Positions 35,547-46,706 of a stretch of DNA of 64,000 bases are shown here, one piece after another. The DNA is from Novosphingobium sp. GTDB lineage: Bacteria; Pseudomonadota; Alphaproteobacteria; Sphingomonadales; Sphingomonadaceae. Numbering within the stretch: the stretch's first letter is position 1; each line of letters starts with the position of its first letter. The notes under the pieces are model-generated. The model had not been told where the DNA came from. It ran no database searches and was given only the letters and a program-made list of their open reading frames with translations. The stretch lies in NCBI RefSeq assembly GCF_016719755.1, contig NZ_JADJYM010000004.1; one strand, given 5' to 3'. The position numbers and the translations under genes are program-made.

Positions 35547-36709
35547 TGGACCTGAACTATACCCCCCAGCAGCAGGCGTTCCGCGCCGAAGTGCGCGCGT
35601 GGATGAAAGCCCACGTGCCGAAGGAGCCGCTCGTCACGCTGGAATGCCGCGAAGGCTATGACCAGCACGTAGCATGGGAACGGACGCTCGCCAGCGGCAA
35701 CTGGGGCATGGTGACCTGGCCGGAGGAATTCGGCGGGCGCGGGCTGGACCTGATCCAGTGGCTGATCTTCGAGGAAGAATACTTCCGCGCGGGCGGCCCC
35801 AACCGGGCCAACCAGAACGGCATCTTCCTGCTCGGCCCGACCATCATGGAATTCGGCACACCGGAACAGAAGGCCCGCTTCCTGCCCCCCATGGCGCGCG
35901 GCGAAGTGATCTGGGCGCAGGCCTGGTCCGAACCGGGCGCGGGCAGCGACATGGCCGCGATCCAGTCGAAGGCGGTGCGCGACGGCGATCACTATGTCAT
36001 CACCGGGCAGAAGACCTGGTCCAGCCGCGCGGCCTTTGCCGACTGGGGCTTTGGCATCTTCCGCACCGATCCCGAAAGCAAACGCCACAAGGGCCTGACC
36101 TTCATTCTGTTTGATCTCAACAGCCCCGGCATCACCCGCCGCCCGATCCGCCAGCTGCACGGCGACACCGGCTTTGCCGAATTGTTCTTCGATGAAGTGC
36201 GGGTTCCGGTGGAGAACTGCCTGGCGGGCGAAGGCCAGGGCTGGAACGTCGCCATGGCCACCGCCGGGTTCGAACGCGGACTGATGCTGCGCTCCCCGGG
36301 CCGCTTCCAGGCAACGGCGAAGCGGCTGGTGGAACTGTACAAGGCCAATGCCGCCCATGCCTCCCCCGCCGCACGCGAAGCGGTGGTCCAGGCGTGGGGC
36401 TCCGCGCAGGCCTATGCCTACAACACCTACGCGGTTGCGGCGAAGATCATGGCGGGCGGCAGGATCGGCGCCGAGGCCAGCCTCAACAAGATCTTCTGGT
36501 CGGAACTTGACCGCGCGATGCACCGCACCGCAGTGCAACTGCTTGGCGCGGCGGCGGAGCTGAAGCGCTTTGCCGACGGCTCGGTCAACCAGTGGCTCGA
36601 AGGCTACATCTTCTCGCTGTCGGGTCCGATCTACGCCGGATCGAACGAAGTCCAGCGCAACATCACCGCCGAGCGGCTGCTTGGCCTTCCGCGCGTGGGA
36701 GCGGGCTGA
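35546..36709 (+). CDS. Acyl-CoA dehydrogenase (large member of an adjacent pair)
   Basis: 387 aa with C-terminal YAGSNEVQRNITAERLLGLP. TGATG junctions on both sides. Confidence 0.9.
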   Translation: MDLNYTPQQQAFRAEVRAWMKAHVPKEPLVTLECREGYDQHVAWERTLASGNWGMVTWPEEFGGRGLDLIQWLIFEEEYFRAGGPNRANQNGIFLLGPTIMEFGTPEQKARFLPPMARGEVIWAQAWSEPGAGSDMAAIQSKAVRDGDHYVITGQKTWSSRAAFADWGFGIFRTDPESKRHKGLTFILFDLNSPGITRRPIRQLHGDTGFAELFFDEVRVPVENCLAGEGQGWNVAMATAGFERGLMLRSPGRFQATAKRLVELYKANAAHASPAAREAVVQAWGSAQAYAYNTYAVAAKIMAGGRIGAEASLNKIFWSELDRAMHRTAVQLLGAAAELKRFADGSVNQWLEGYIFSLSGPIYAGSNEVQRNITAERLLGLPRVGAG

Positions 36710-37638
36710 TGGACTTCCGTTTTTCCGATGACCAGCTGACCCTGGCCGAGAGCGTGCGCGATTACTTGGCCGGAACCCACGGCCCGGAAGTGCTGCGCCG
36801 CCTCGATGCAGAAGGCAACCGCGATCCGGCGATCTGGCAGGGACTGGCCGACATGGGCCTGACCGGCCTGCTCGTGCCCGAGGCGCAGGGCGGGCTGGGC
36901 ATGGGGCTGGTTGAAGCCGCCCTCATCGCCGCCGAATGCGGCCGCGCCTGCCTCGCCGAACCGCTGGTCGACAGCGCATTCGTCGGTGTGCCGTGGCTGG
37001 TGGCGCGGGGCCAGACCGATGGGCTGGATGAGGTCGTCGCGGGCACGCGGCGGATCGCGGTGCCGCACCCGATCAATCCGTGGCTGGCCGACAGCGAAGG
37101 CGCGGCCCTGACCAGCGTCGATCCGCTGCGCAACCTTGCCGTGGCCGAGGCTACCGAAGCGGACGATCTCCTCCTCAACGTCGGCGCGCTGATGAGCGCG
37201 GCGCAGCTGGTCGGTCTTTCCGACGCCATGCTGAGCCAGGCGGTCGAATACGCCAAGGTCCGCACCCAGTTCGGTCAGCCGGTCGGCGCCTTCCAGGGGC
37301 TCAAGCACCAGCTCGCCTCGTGCTCGGTCGCCATCGAGTTCGCCAAGCCGGTGGTCTGGCGCGCGGCGCAGGCACTTCAGGATGGGCTGCCCAGCGCCCC
37401 CGTCCATGTCAGCCACGCCAAGCTCGCCGCCAGCGATGCCGCCATGCTGACCGCCGAGACCGCGATCCAGGTCCACGGGGCGATGGGCTATACCTACGAG
37501 GTCGACTTGCACTTCTGGATGAAGCGCAGCTGGGCGCTGTGCGGCGCCTGGGGGGACCGCGCCTTTCATTACCACCGGGTCGAGGAGGCGCTGCTCGGCG
37601 GTGCCCAGCCAATCGGCCCCGAACATACCTTCGCTTAA
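36709..37638 (+). CDS. Acyl-CoA dehydrogenase family protein (short member of the pair)
   Basis: 309 aa. YAKVRTQFGQPVGAFQGLKH and IQVHGAMGYT. Confidence 0.85.
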   Translation: MDFRFSDDQLTLAESVRDYLAGTHGPEVLRRLDAEGNRDPAIWQGLADMGLTGLLVPEAQGGLGMGLVEAALIAAECGRACLAEPLVDSAFVGVPWLVARGQTDGLDEVVAGTRRIAVPHPINPWLADSEGAALTSVDPLRNLAVAEATEADDLLLNVGALMSAAQLVGLSDAMLSQAVEYAKVRTQFGQPVGAFQGLKHQLASCSVAIEFAKPVVWRAAQALQDGLPSAPVHVSHAKLAASDAAMLTAETAIQVHGAMGYTYEVDLHFWMKRSWALCGAWGDRAFHYHRVEEALLGGAQPIGPEHTFA

Positions 37639-37647
37639 GGAACCATC

Positions 37648-38799
37648 ATGGCTGAAGCCTATATCATCGACGCTGTCCGCACCCCGATCGGGCGCAAGAA
37701 GGGCAGCCTTGCCGCCGTTCACCCGGCCGATCTTGGCGCGCACCCGATCAAGGCGCTGATCGAACGGACCGGGATCGACGCCAATCTGGTCGACGATGTC
37801 GTCTGGGGCTGCTGCGACACCATCGGTCCGCAGGCGGGCGACATCGGCCGCACGGTCTGGCTGGTCGCGGGCCTGCCCCAGCACGTTCCCGGCACCACGA
37901 TCGACCGCCAGTGCGGATCGAGCCAGCAGGCGCTCCATTTCGCGGCGCAGGGCGTGATGAGCGGGACGCAGGATCTGGTGGTCGCGGGCGGCAGCCAGGC
38001 GATGAACGCCATCCCGATTTCCGCCGCAATGCTGGCGGCAGAGCCCTATGGCTTTTCCAACCCGTTCAACACTTCGCCCGGCTGGGTCGCGCGATATGGC
38101 GACGGGATCCTCAACCAGATCAATTCGGCGGAGATGATCGCCGCCAAGTGGGGCCTGACCCGCGCCGAGATGGAAGCCTTTGCGGTAGCCTCGCATCAGC
38201 GCGCGCAGGCGGCGGCGGACAACGGCTGGTTCGCGAATGAAATCGCGCCGATGGCCGAACTCACCGCCGATGAAACGATCCGTCCGACGACCTCGCCTGA
38301 AGGTCTGGCGGGTCTGCGCACCGTGCAGGAAGGCGGCATCATCACCGCTGGAATCTCCAGCCAGAACTGCGATGGCGCCGCCGCGATGCTGGTCGCCAGC
38401 GAGCGCGCGGTGAAAGAGCATGGCCTGAAGCCCCGCGCCCGCATCCACCACATCTCCGTTCGTGCCGACGATCCGGTATGGATGCTGACCGCACCGATCC
38501 CGGCCACCGAACACGCGCTGAAGAAGGCCGGCATGAGCGTGGCCGACATCGACCTGTTCGAATGCAACGAGGCCTTCGCCTCCGTGCCGATGGCCTGGAT
38601 GAAGCAGCTCGGCATCCCGCACGACAAGGTCAACATTCACGGCGGCGCGATTGCGCTGGGCCACCCGCTGGGCGCCACCGGCGCGCGACTGATGACCACC
38701 ATGCTGAACGCGCTGGAACGCACCGGCGGCCGCTATGGCCTGCAAACCATGTGCGAAGGCGGCGGCCAGGCCAATGTCACCATCATCGAACGACTCTAG
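37648..38799 (+). CDS. Thiolase (acetyl-CoA C-acyltransferase)
   Basis: IDRQCGSSQQ active-site Cys, NIHGGAIALGHPLGATG, and CEGGGQANV. Confidence 0.9.
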   Translation: MAEAYIIDAVRTPIGRKKGSLAAVHPADLGAHPIKALIERTGIDANLVDDVVWGCCDTIGPQAGDIGRTVWLVAGLPQHVPGTTIDRQCGSSQQALHFAAQGVMSGTQDLVVAGGSQAMNAIPISAAMLAAEPYGFSNPFNTSPGWVARYGDGILNQINSAEMIAAKWGLTRAEMEAFAVASHQRAQAAADNGWFANEIAPMAELTADETIRPTTSPEGLAGLRTVQEGGIITAGISSQNCDGAAAMLVASERAVKEHGLKPRARIHHISVRADDPVWMLTAPIPATEHALKKAGMSVADIDLFECNEAFASVPMAWMKQLGIPHDKVNIHGGAIALGHPLGATGARLMTTMLNALERTGGRYGLQTMCEGGGQANVTIIERL

Positions 38800-38815
38800 G
38801 TATCGAGAGGCTGTA

Positions 38816-39721
38816 ATGGGTATCTGCGAAGGACGCACCGTCATCATCACCGGCGCCGCGCGCGGGCTGGGGCGCGCCTATGCGCTGGCCTTCGGCGCCG
38901 AGGGCGCGAACGTGGTGGTCAACGACATCGGCACCTCGCTCCACGGCGAGGGGCGCGATACCAGCGCCGCCGACGCGGTGGTGGCGGAAATCGTCGCCGC
39001 CGGCGGCAAGGCTGTCGCCAATTACGAGGACATCACCGACTGGGACGCCGCCAAGCGGATCGTCGATGCGGCGGTTTCCGCGTTCGGCGACTTGCACGTG
39101 GTGGTCAACAACGCCGGGATCGTGCGCGACCGGATGTTCGTTTCCGCCACGCTGGAGGAATGGGACGCGACCATGCACGTCCACCTGCGCGGGCACTTCT
39201 GCCTGTCGCGCCACGCGGTCGATTACTGGCGCGCAAAGCAGAAGGCCGGGACCAATCCCGACGCGCGGATCATCAACACCTCCAGCGGCGCAGGCCTGCA
39301 GGGCTCGATTGCCCAGGCGGCCTATTCGACCGCCAAGGGCGGGATTGCCTCGCTTACCCTGGTCCAGGCGGCGGAACTGGGGCGTTATGGCATCACCGCC
39401 AATGCGCTGGCCCCATCGGCCCGCACCCGGATGACCGAGCAGGCCTTTGCCGACAAGATGGCGACCGAGGGCGAGGCCTTCGACGTGATGGACCCGGCGA
39501 ACATCGCCCCCACGGTCGTGTGGCTGGGTTCGGCTGAAAGCGCGGAGGTGACCGGCTGCGTCTTCGAACTCGAAGGCGGCAAGATCATGCTTGAGGACGG
39601 CTGGCGCGAAGGCCCGCTGGTCGACAAGGGCGCGAAGTGGGAACCCGCCGAAGTCGGCGGGGCGGTTGAACAGCTGCTGGCGGCCCGCGTCGCCCCGCGC
39701 AAGGTCTGGGGGACGGCGTAA
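38816..39721 (+). CDS. SDR-family oxidoreductase (Hsd4A / hydroxyacyl-CoA dehydrogenase-like)
   Basis: ITGAARGLGRAY and YSTAKGGI, 301 aa. Confidence 0.85.
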   Translation: MGICEGRTVIITGAARGLGRAYALAFGAEGANVVVNDIGTSLHGEGRDTSAADAVVAEIVAAGGKAVANYEDITDWDAAKRIVDAAVSAFGDLHVVVNNAGIVRDRMFVSATLEEWDATMHVHLRGHFCLSRHAVDYWRAKQKAGTNPDARIINTSSGAGLQGSIAQAAYSTAKGGIASLTLVQAAELGRYGITANALAPSARTRMTEQAFADKMATEGEAFDVMDPANIAPTVVWLGSAESAEVTGCVFELEGGKIMLEDGWREGPLVDKGAKWEPAEVGGAVEQLLAARVAPRKVWGTA

Positions 39722-40779
39722 TGCATTTCGTCTTCACTGAAGAACAGGCGATGATCGGCGAGACCGCGCGCGCCCTCTTTGCCGAAAACGCCACCAGCCA
39801 GCGCACCCGCGCGGCCATGGCGGCGGACGGGATCGACGCCGCGCTGTGGATCGCCTTCTGCCAGGAGCTGGGTCTGTCGGGCATCGGCATTCCTGAAGCC
39901 GCAGGCGGCGCCGGGCTGGGCATGGTCGAGCTGGCGATCATCGCCGAGGCGGCTGGCGCGCAGGTTGCGGCCCTGCCGATGCTGGGTTCGCTGGCGCTGT
40001 CTGCCCAGGCGATTGCCGCTGGCGGCAGCGCGGAGCAGCAGGCGGCGCACCTGCCCGCCCTGCTTTCGGGCGAGACCATCGCGGCCTATGTCCATGACGC
40101 GGGCCTGACTGCCGAGGGCGACACACTGACCGGCGAGGCGGGCTTCGTCGCGCATGGTGCTTCGGCGCAGCTGTTCGTCGTCACCAGCAACACCGGCGCG
40201 TGGCTCGTCCCCGCCGATGCGCCGGGCGTTACCGTCACCGCGCTGACCACGATGGACCAGACCCGTCCCTATGCCCGCGTCTCGATCGCGGGCGCAGCTG
40301 GCAAGCCGCTGGCCGATGCCGCAGCCGCCATTGCCGCCGCGCACCGCGCCGGCTTTGTGACGGTCGCCGCCGAAGCGCTGGGCGGAGCGCAGGCGTGCCT
40401 CGACCGCACGGTTGCTTACGCCAGGGAACGCGTCCAGTTCGGCCGCGCGATCGGCTCGTTCCAGGCCTACAAGCACCGCCTTGCCGACATGATGATCGAG
40501 ATCGAGCAGGCGCGCTCCGCCGTCTACTGGGCGGCCTGCGCGGCGGACGAAGGTTCGGATGAGGCGGCGCTTGCCGTCCATGCCGCCAAGAGCTTTGCCG
40601 CCGATACTTTCTTCATGTGCGCGGGGAACATGATCCAGCTGCACGGCGGGATCGGCTTCACCTGGGAGCATGACGCGCACCTCTACTTCAAGCGCGCCCG
40701 CGCGATCCAGTCGATGCTGGGCGATGGCAACTGGCACCGCGAGCAGGTCGCCACCATGATCCTGGGAGAAGCGGCATGA
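39721..40779 (+). CDS. Acyl-CoA dehydrogenase family protein (short member of the second pair)
   Basis: 352 aa. YARERVQFGRAIGSFQAYKH and IQLHGGIGFTWEH. Confidence 0.85.
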   Translation: MHFVFTEEQAMIGETARALFAENATSQRTRAAMAADGIDAALWIAFCQELGLSGIGIPEAAGGAGLGMVELAIIAEAAGAQVAALPMLGSLALSAQAIAAGGSAEQQAAHLPALLSGETIAAYVHDAGLTAEGDTLTGEAGFVAHGASAQLFVVTSNTGAWLVPADAPGVTVTALTTMDQTRPYARVSIAGAAGKPLADAAAAIAAAHRAGFVTVAAEALGGAQACLDRTVAYARERVQFGRAIGSFQAYKHRLADMMIEIEQARSAVYWAACAADEGSDEAALAVHAAKSFAADTFFMCAGNMIQLHGGIGFTWEHDAHLYFKRARAIQSMLGDGNWHREQVATMILGEAA

Positions 40780-41954
40780 AGCTGGGTTTTTCGCCGGAGG
40801 AAGAGCTCTTCCGCAAGGAATGCGCCGACTGGCTTAACGCCGAGATGGCGGGCGAGTTCCGCGACATCAGGGGCATCACCAAGCTGACTGCCAGTCCCGA
40901 GCGCCGCAAGGAATGGGAACAGCGGCTGGGCGAGGCCCGCTGGGGCTGCATCGGCTGGCCGGAAAGCTGGGGCGGACGCAACGCGACCCTCGCCCAGCAG
41001 GTGATCTTTGCCGAGGAATATGCCCGAGCGGGTGTTCCGGGGCGCGTCAACCACATCGGCATCGAGTTGGCCGGGCCGACGATCCTGGCTTTCGGGACCG
41101 AAGAGCAGAAGCAGCGCTTCCTGCCCGATATCGCGGCGGGCAAGACAATCTTCTGCCAGGGTTTTTCCGAACCCGGCGCGGGATCGGACCTTGCCTCGGT
41201 TCGCACCAAGGGCCGCCTTGAAGGCGGCGAATGGGTCGTCAACGGTCAGAAGATCTGGACCAGCCTGGCGCACATCTCCGACTGGATCTTCGTCGTCACC
41301 CGCACCGAAGAAGGCACCAAGGGGCCCAAGGGCCTGACCTTCCTGATGATGCCGATCGACCAGCCGGGGATCGAGATCCGGGGCATCACCCAGATCAACG
41401 GCGACGCCGAGTTCAACGAGACCTTCTTCACCGACGCGCGCTGCGCCGCCGACAGCATGATCGGCGCGGTGGGCGAGGGCTGGAAGATCGCAATGGGCCT
41501 GCTGGCCTTCGAACGCGGTGTTTCCACGCTGGGCCAGCAGATGGGCTTCCGCAACGAACTGGACGAGATCATTGCGGCGGCCAGGGCCAACGGCGCGGCG
41601 CAGGACCCGCTTATCCGCCAGCGCATCGCCCGGGCCGAAATCGGCCTGCGCCTGATGCGCTATGGCGCGCTGCGGATGCTGTCGAACACCGACCATTCGA
41701 AGATCGACGGCGCGGCGCTGACCTACAAGATCCAGTGGGCGACCTGGCGCCGGAGCCTGGGCGAACTGGCGATGGACGTGCTGGGGCAAGCCGGGGAAGT
41801 CACCGACGGCAGTACCTATGAGTGGGGCACCCTGCCCAATCTGTTCCTCTATTCGCGCGCCGATACGATCTATGGCGGCACCAACCAGATCCAGCGCAAC
41901 CTGATCGCCGAACGCGGCCTTGGCATGCCGCGCGAACCCCGGGGAGATATCTGA
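40776..41954 (+). CDS. Acyl-CoA dehydrogenase (large member of the second pair)
   Basis: 392 aa. GFSEPGAGSDLAS and YGGTNQIQRNLIAERGLGMP. ATGA overlap with the upstream gene. Confidence 0.9.
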   Translation: MKLGFSPEEELFRKECADWLNAEMAGEFRDIRGITKLTASPERRKEWEQRLGEARWGCIGWPESWGGRNATLAQQVIFAEEYARAGVPGRVNHIGIELAGPTILAFGTEEQKQRFLPDIAAGKTIFCQGFSEPGAGSDLASVRTKGRLEGGEWVVNGQKIWTSLAHISDWIFVVTRTEEGTKGPKGLTFLMMPIDQPGIEIRGITQINGDAEFNETFFTDARCAADSMIGAVGEGWKIAMGLLAFERGVSTLGQQMGFRNELDEIIAAARANGAAQDPLIRQRIARAEIGLRLMRYGALRMLSNTDHSKIDGAALTYKIQWATWRRSLGELAMDVLGQAGEVTDGSTYEWGTLPNLFLYSRADTIYGGTNQIQRNLIAERGLGMPREPRGDI

Positions 41955-42739
41955 TGGCCGCACCAATCCCGCCCTATCCGCAGGGCCGGAGCCTGCTCGC
42001 CGGCAAGACCGTGGTCGTCACCGCTGCGGCGGGCACCGGAATCGGCTTTGCCGCCGCCAAGCGCGCGGCGGAAGAGGGCGCAACCGTCCTCATCAGCGAC
42101 TTCCACGAACGGCGGCTGGGCGAAGCCGCTGACCGGATCGCGGCCGAAGTCGGCTGCGCCCGGCCTGCCACCGTGGTCTGCGATGTCACCAGTCAGGACC
42201 AGGTCGACGCGCTCCACGCCGCTGCCCTCGCCCAGCTCGGCCATGTCGACGTGCTGATCAACAACGCGGGGCTCGGCGGTGAGGTCGACGTGGTCGACAT
42301 GACCGACGACCAGTGGTTCCGCGTCCTCGACGTCACGCTCAATTCCGTGTTCCGGATGAGCCGCGCCTTCCTGCCCGCGATGTATGCGCGGCAGACCGGG
42401 GTGATCGTCAATAACGCCTCGGTGCTGGGCTGGCGGGCGCAGAAGGGTCAGGCCCATTATGCCGCAGCCAAGGCCGGGGTCATGGCCTTCACCCGCTGCG
42501 CGGCGGTCGAGGCGGCGGAGCACAACGTGCGGATCAACGCGGTCGCGCCCTCGATCGCGATGCACGCCTTCCTCGCCAAGGTGACGAGCGACGAACTGCT
42601 GGCCGAGCTTTCCGCCAAGGAAGCCTTCGGGCGTCCGGCGGAGGTCTGGGAAGTGGCCAACGTCATGCTGTTCCTGGCCAGCGACCTGTCTTCCTACATG
42701 ACCGGCGAAGTGCTGTCGGTCTCCAGCCAGAGGGCCTGA
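41954..42739 (+). CDS. SDR-family oxidoreductase
   Basis: VTAAAGTGIGFAAA and YAAAKAGV. ATG overlaps the upstream TGA. Confidence 0.85.
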   Translation: MAAPIPPYPQGRSLLAGKTVVVTAAAGTGIGFAAAKRAAEEGATVLISDFHERRLGEAADRIAAEVGCARPATVVCDVTSQDQVDALHAAALAQLGHVDVLINNAGLGGEVDVVDMTDDQWFRVLDVTLNSVFRMSRAFLPAMYARQTGVIVNNASVLGWRAQKGQAHYAAAKAGVMAFTRCAAVEAAEHNVRINAVAPSIAMHAFLAKVTSDELLAELSAKEAFGRPAEVWEVANVMLFLASDLSSYMTGEVLSVSSQRA

Positions 42740-42741
42740 GC

Positions 42742-43203
42742 ATGGCGAAAGTCTATCAAAGCCCCCGCGACCTGATCGGACAGGAAGGCGCTCAGCTGGG
42801 CGCGACCGACTGGCTGCTGATCGACCAGACCCGCGTCAACGGCTTTGCCGAGGTGACCGGCGACCACCAGTGGATCCATGTCGATGTCGAGCGCGCCAGG
42901 CAAGGCCCGTTCGGCGGCACCATTGCCCACGGCTACCTGACGATGAGCCTGGTCAACCTGTTCCTGCCCGATCTGATCGAGGTGCGCGGATTCTCCCACG
43001 CGGTGAACGTCGGCACTGACCGGCTGCGCTTCCTTAGCCCCGTCAGGGTCGGCAGCCGCATTCGCGGCAGCGGCGAGATCGTCTCGGTCGAGGAAATCAA
43101 GGGCGCGATCCAGGCGGTCGTGCGCGTCACCGTGGAGATCGAAGGCGGCGACAAGCCGGCCTGCGTGGTCGACACGATCAGCCGCTATTTCCCGGAAGCA
43201 TAG
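42742..43203 (+). CDS. MaoC-like (R)-specific enoyl-CoA hydratase, hot-dog fold
   Basis: 153 aa. FAEVTGDHQWIHVDVERA...GGTIAHGYLT. Confidence 0.85.
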   Translation: MAKVYQSPRDLIGQEGAQLGATDWLLIDQTRVNGFAEVTGDHQWIHVDVERARQGPFGGTIAHGYLTMSLVNLFLPDLIEVRGFSHAVNVGTDRLRFLSPVRVGSRIRGSGEIVSVEEIKGAIQAVVRVTVEIEGGDKPACVVDTISRYFPEA

Positions 43204-43205
43204 CC

Positions 43206-43577
43206 ATGCCCACGCCCGAGCAGATGGAAGCCGCTGTCCACGCCTATGTCGAAGCCTTTGCCAAGGGCGATCCCGAACTCGCCGTGGCGATCTTCGCCGA
43301 CAACGCGAGCGTGGAGGACCCGATCGGCAGCCCGCCTCACCTGGGGGGGGAGGCGATCCGCGCCTTCTACGCCGCCTCGATGGCGACCGGCGCGACGCTC
43401 CACCTGTCAGGCCCGGTACGCGTTGCCGCAGCCCATGCCGCTTTCGCCATGCAGGTGCGCCTGCACTGGGACGGCAAGGACATGGCCATCGACGTGATCG
43501 ACACCTTTGCCTTCGACGATGAGGGCAAGGTCACCGAGATGAAGGCCTATTTCGGCCCCGGCAACATGCATGGCTGA
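43206..43577 (+). CDS. ksi: 3-oxo-Delta5-steroid isomerase (ketosteroid isomerase)
   Basis: 123 aa. By my recollection it aligns along its length with Comamonas testosteroni KSI (FADNASVEDPIGS versus FADDATVEDPVGS). Tyr14, Asp38, Tyr55 and Asp99 fall at the same numbering. Confidence 0.8.
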   Translation: MPTPEQMEAAVHAYVEAFAKGDPELAVAIFADNASVEDPIGSPPHLGGEAIRAFYAASMATGATLHLSGPVRVAAAHAAFAMQVRLHWDGKDMAIDVIDTFAFDDEGKVTEMKAYFGPGNMHG

Positions 43578-45102
43578 GCCTCTGCCCCTGACCATTCCCC
43601 ACGCCGCAGAAGCCGCTGCGCGGCGCTGGGGCGATACCGTCGCACTGATCGAAGGCGAGGAAACCCGTACTTTCGCGCAGTTGTGGGATGAATGCCGCGC
43701 CGCCGCCTCGGCCCTGCTGGAACGCGGGGTAACCAGCGGAGATCGCGTGGCGATCTGGGCGCCCAACAGCCGCGAATGGGTGGTGGCCGCGCTTGCCGCG
43801 CAGCTGTGCGGGGCGGCGATCGTCCCGCTCAACACCCGGCTGAAAGGACGCGAGGCGGGGGATATCCTGCGCCGAACCCATGCGCGGATGCTGTTCACGG
43901 TCACGGACTTCCTCGGCATCGACTACCGCGCGCTGCTGGCAGGCGAAGACCTCCCGGACCTCGCCGAGACGGTGCTGCTGGATGGGGACTTCGCCAGCTT
44001 CACCGCCAGCGGCAAAGGCGCGGCCGATCCCCGGATCGACATGAGCCTCGCCGCGGTTACCCCCGATCACGTCTCCGACATCATGTTCACCAGCGGCACC
44101 ACCGGCGTGCCCAAGGGTGTGCTGATGACCCACGGACGGATCGTGCCCCAGGTCGGCGTGTGGATTGGCAACACCGGCCTGAAGGCAGGCGAGCGCTACC
44201 TGATCGCCAACCCGTTCTTCCATTCGTTCGGCATGAAGGTTGGCTGGGTCGCCTGCCTGATCGCGGGCGCGGTGATGGTGCCGATGCCGCAGTTCGACGT
44301 GGCTGAGGCCGCGCGGCTGATCGAGCGCGAGCGGATCGCTTTCCTGCCCGGCCCGCCCACCATCTTCCAGATGCTGCTGGCCGAGAAGGAACGCAGCTCC
44401 TTCGACACCTCATCGCTGCGCGGCGGCACGACCGGCGCGGCGACAGTGCCGCCGGTGCTGATCGAGCGCATCCGCGGCGAACTGGGCATGGCGGATATCA
44501 TCACCGCCTATGGCATGACCGAATGCGTCAACATCACTTCGTGCCGCCCCGGCGATCCGGTCGAACTGATTGCCAACACCTGCGGCGCGGCGATTCCGGG
44601 CAACGAGGTGATCATTGCCGATGATCTGGGCCGCGAACTGCCGCGCGGCGAAACCGGCGAGATCCTGGTGCGCGGCATCGGGGTGATGCAGGGCTATCTC
44701 GACGATCCGGAGGCAACCGCCGAGGCGATCGATGGCGAGGGCTGGCTCCACACCGGCGATGTCGGGACGATGGACGCGTCAGGCTATGTCCGGATCACCG
44801 ACCGCAAGAAGGACATGTTCATTTCCGGCGGCTTCAACGTCTATCCCGCGGAGGTCGAAAAGCTGCTCGCCACCCATCCCGCCATAGGCATGGTCGCGGT
44901 GCTGGGCGTGCCCGACGAACGCATGGGCGAAGTCGGCAAGGCCTTCATCGTGCTGCGACCCGGTGCGTCGCTCGATGCAGCGGAACTGATCGCGTGGGCG
45001 CGGGAGAACATGGCCAATTACAAGGTTCCGCGCCACGTCGCCTTCCTCGACGATCTGCCCCGCAACGCGGCGGGCAAGGTCGCCAAGCTGGAACTGCGCT
45101 GA
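43570..45102 (+). CDS. AMP-dependent acyl-CoA synthetase (FadD3-like by context)
   Basis: 510 aa with motif FTSGTTGVPKG. The start overlaps the ksi stop by 8 nt. Confidence 0.88.
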   Translation: MAEPLPLTIPHAAEAAARRWGDTVALIEGEETRTFAQLWDECRAAASALLERGVTSGDRVAIWAPNSREWVVAALAAQLCGAAIVPLNTRLKGREAGDILRRTHARMLFTVTDFLGIDYRALLAGEDLPDLAETVLLDGDFASFTASGKGAADPRIDMSLAAVTPDHVSDIMFTSGTTGVPKGVLMTHGRIVPQVGVWIGNTGLKAGERYLIANPFFHSFGMKVGWVACLIAGAVMVPMPQFDVAEAARLIERERIAFLPGPPTIFQMLLAEKERSSFDTSSLRGGTTGAATVPPVLIERIRGELGMADIITAYGMTECVNITSCRPGDPVELIANTCGAAIPGNEVIIADDLGRELPRGETGEILVRGIGVMQGYLDDPEATAEAIDGEGWLHTGDVGTMDASGYVRITDRKKDMFISGGFNVYPAEVEKLLATHPAIGMVAVLGVPDERMGEVGKAFIVLRPGASLDAAELIAWARENMANYKVPRHVAFLDDLPRNAAGKVAKLELR

Positions 45103-45176
45103 ACGGCGGCGCTTGACATGGGCCGCGCGATGACGAGAGCAATCCCCTGAGCACCGCGCAGAGGAGAAAGCGCCTC

Positions 45177-46705
<1,529 letters not shown>

Positions 46706-46706
<1 letters not shown>

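Noticed and set aside
36631-38850. 739-aa minus-strand ORF spanning three plus-strand genes
   Set aside because: It lies antisense to an ACAD and a thiolase that have clear catalytic motifs, and its composition is low-complexity. The long antisense ORFs at 33365-35035, 45018-46736, 57179-58828, 60495-62222, 21800-23083 and 876-1895 were rejected for the same reason.
45113-45141. TTGACA (45113-45118) as an internal sigma-70 promoter in the 74-nt gap between the two ligase genes
   Set aside because: The best -10 candidate (AGCAAT) lies at a 19-nt spacing. That is too poor to support a promoter call, so it is mentioned only as a place to look.
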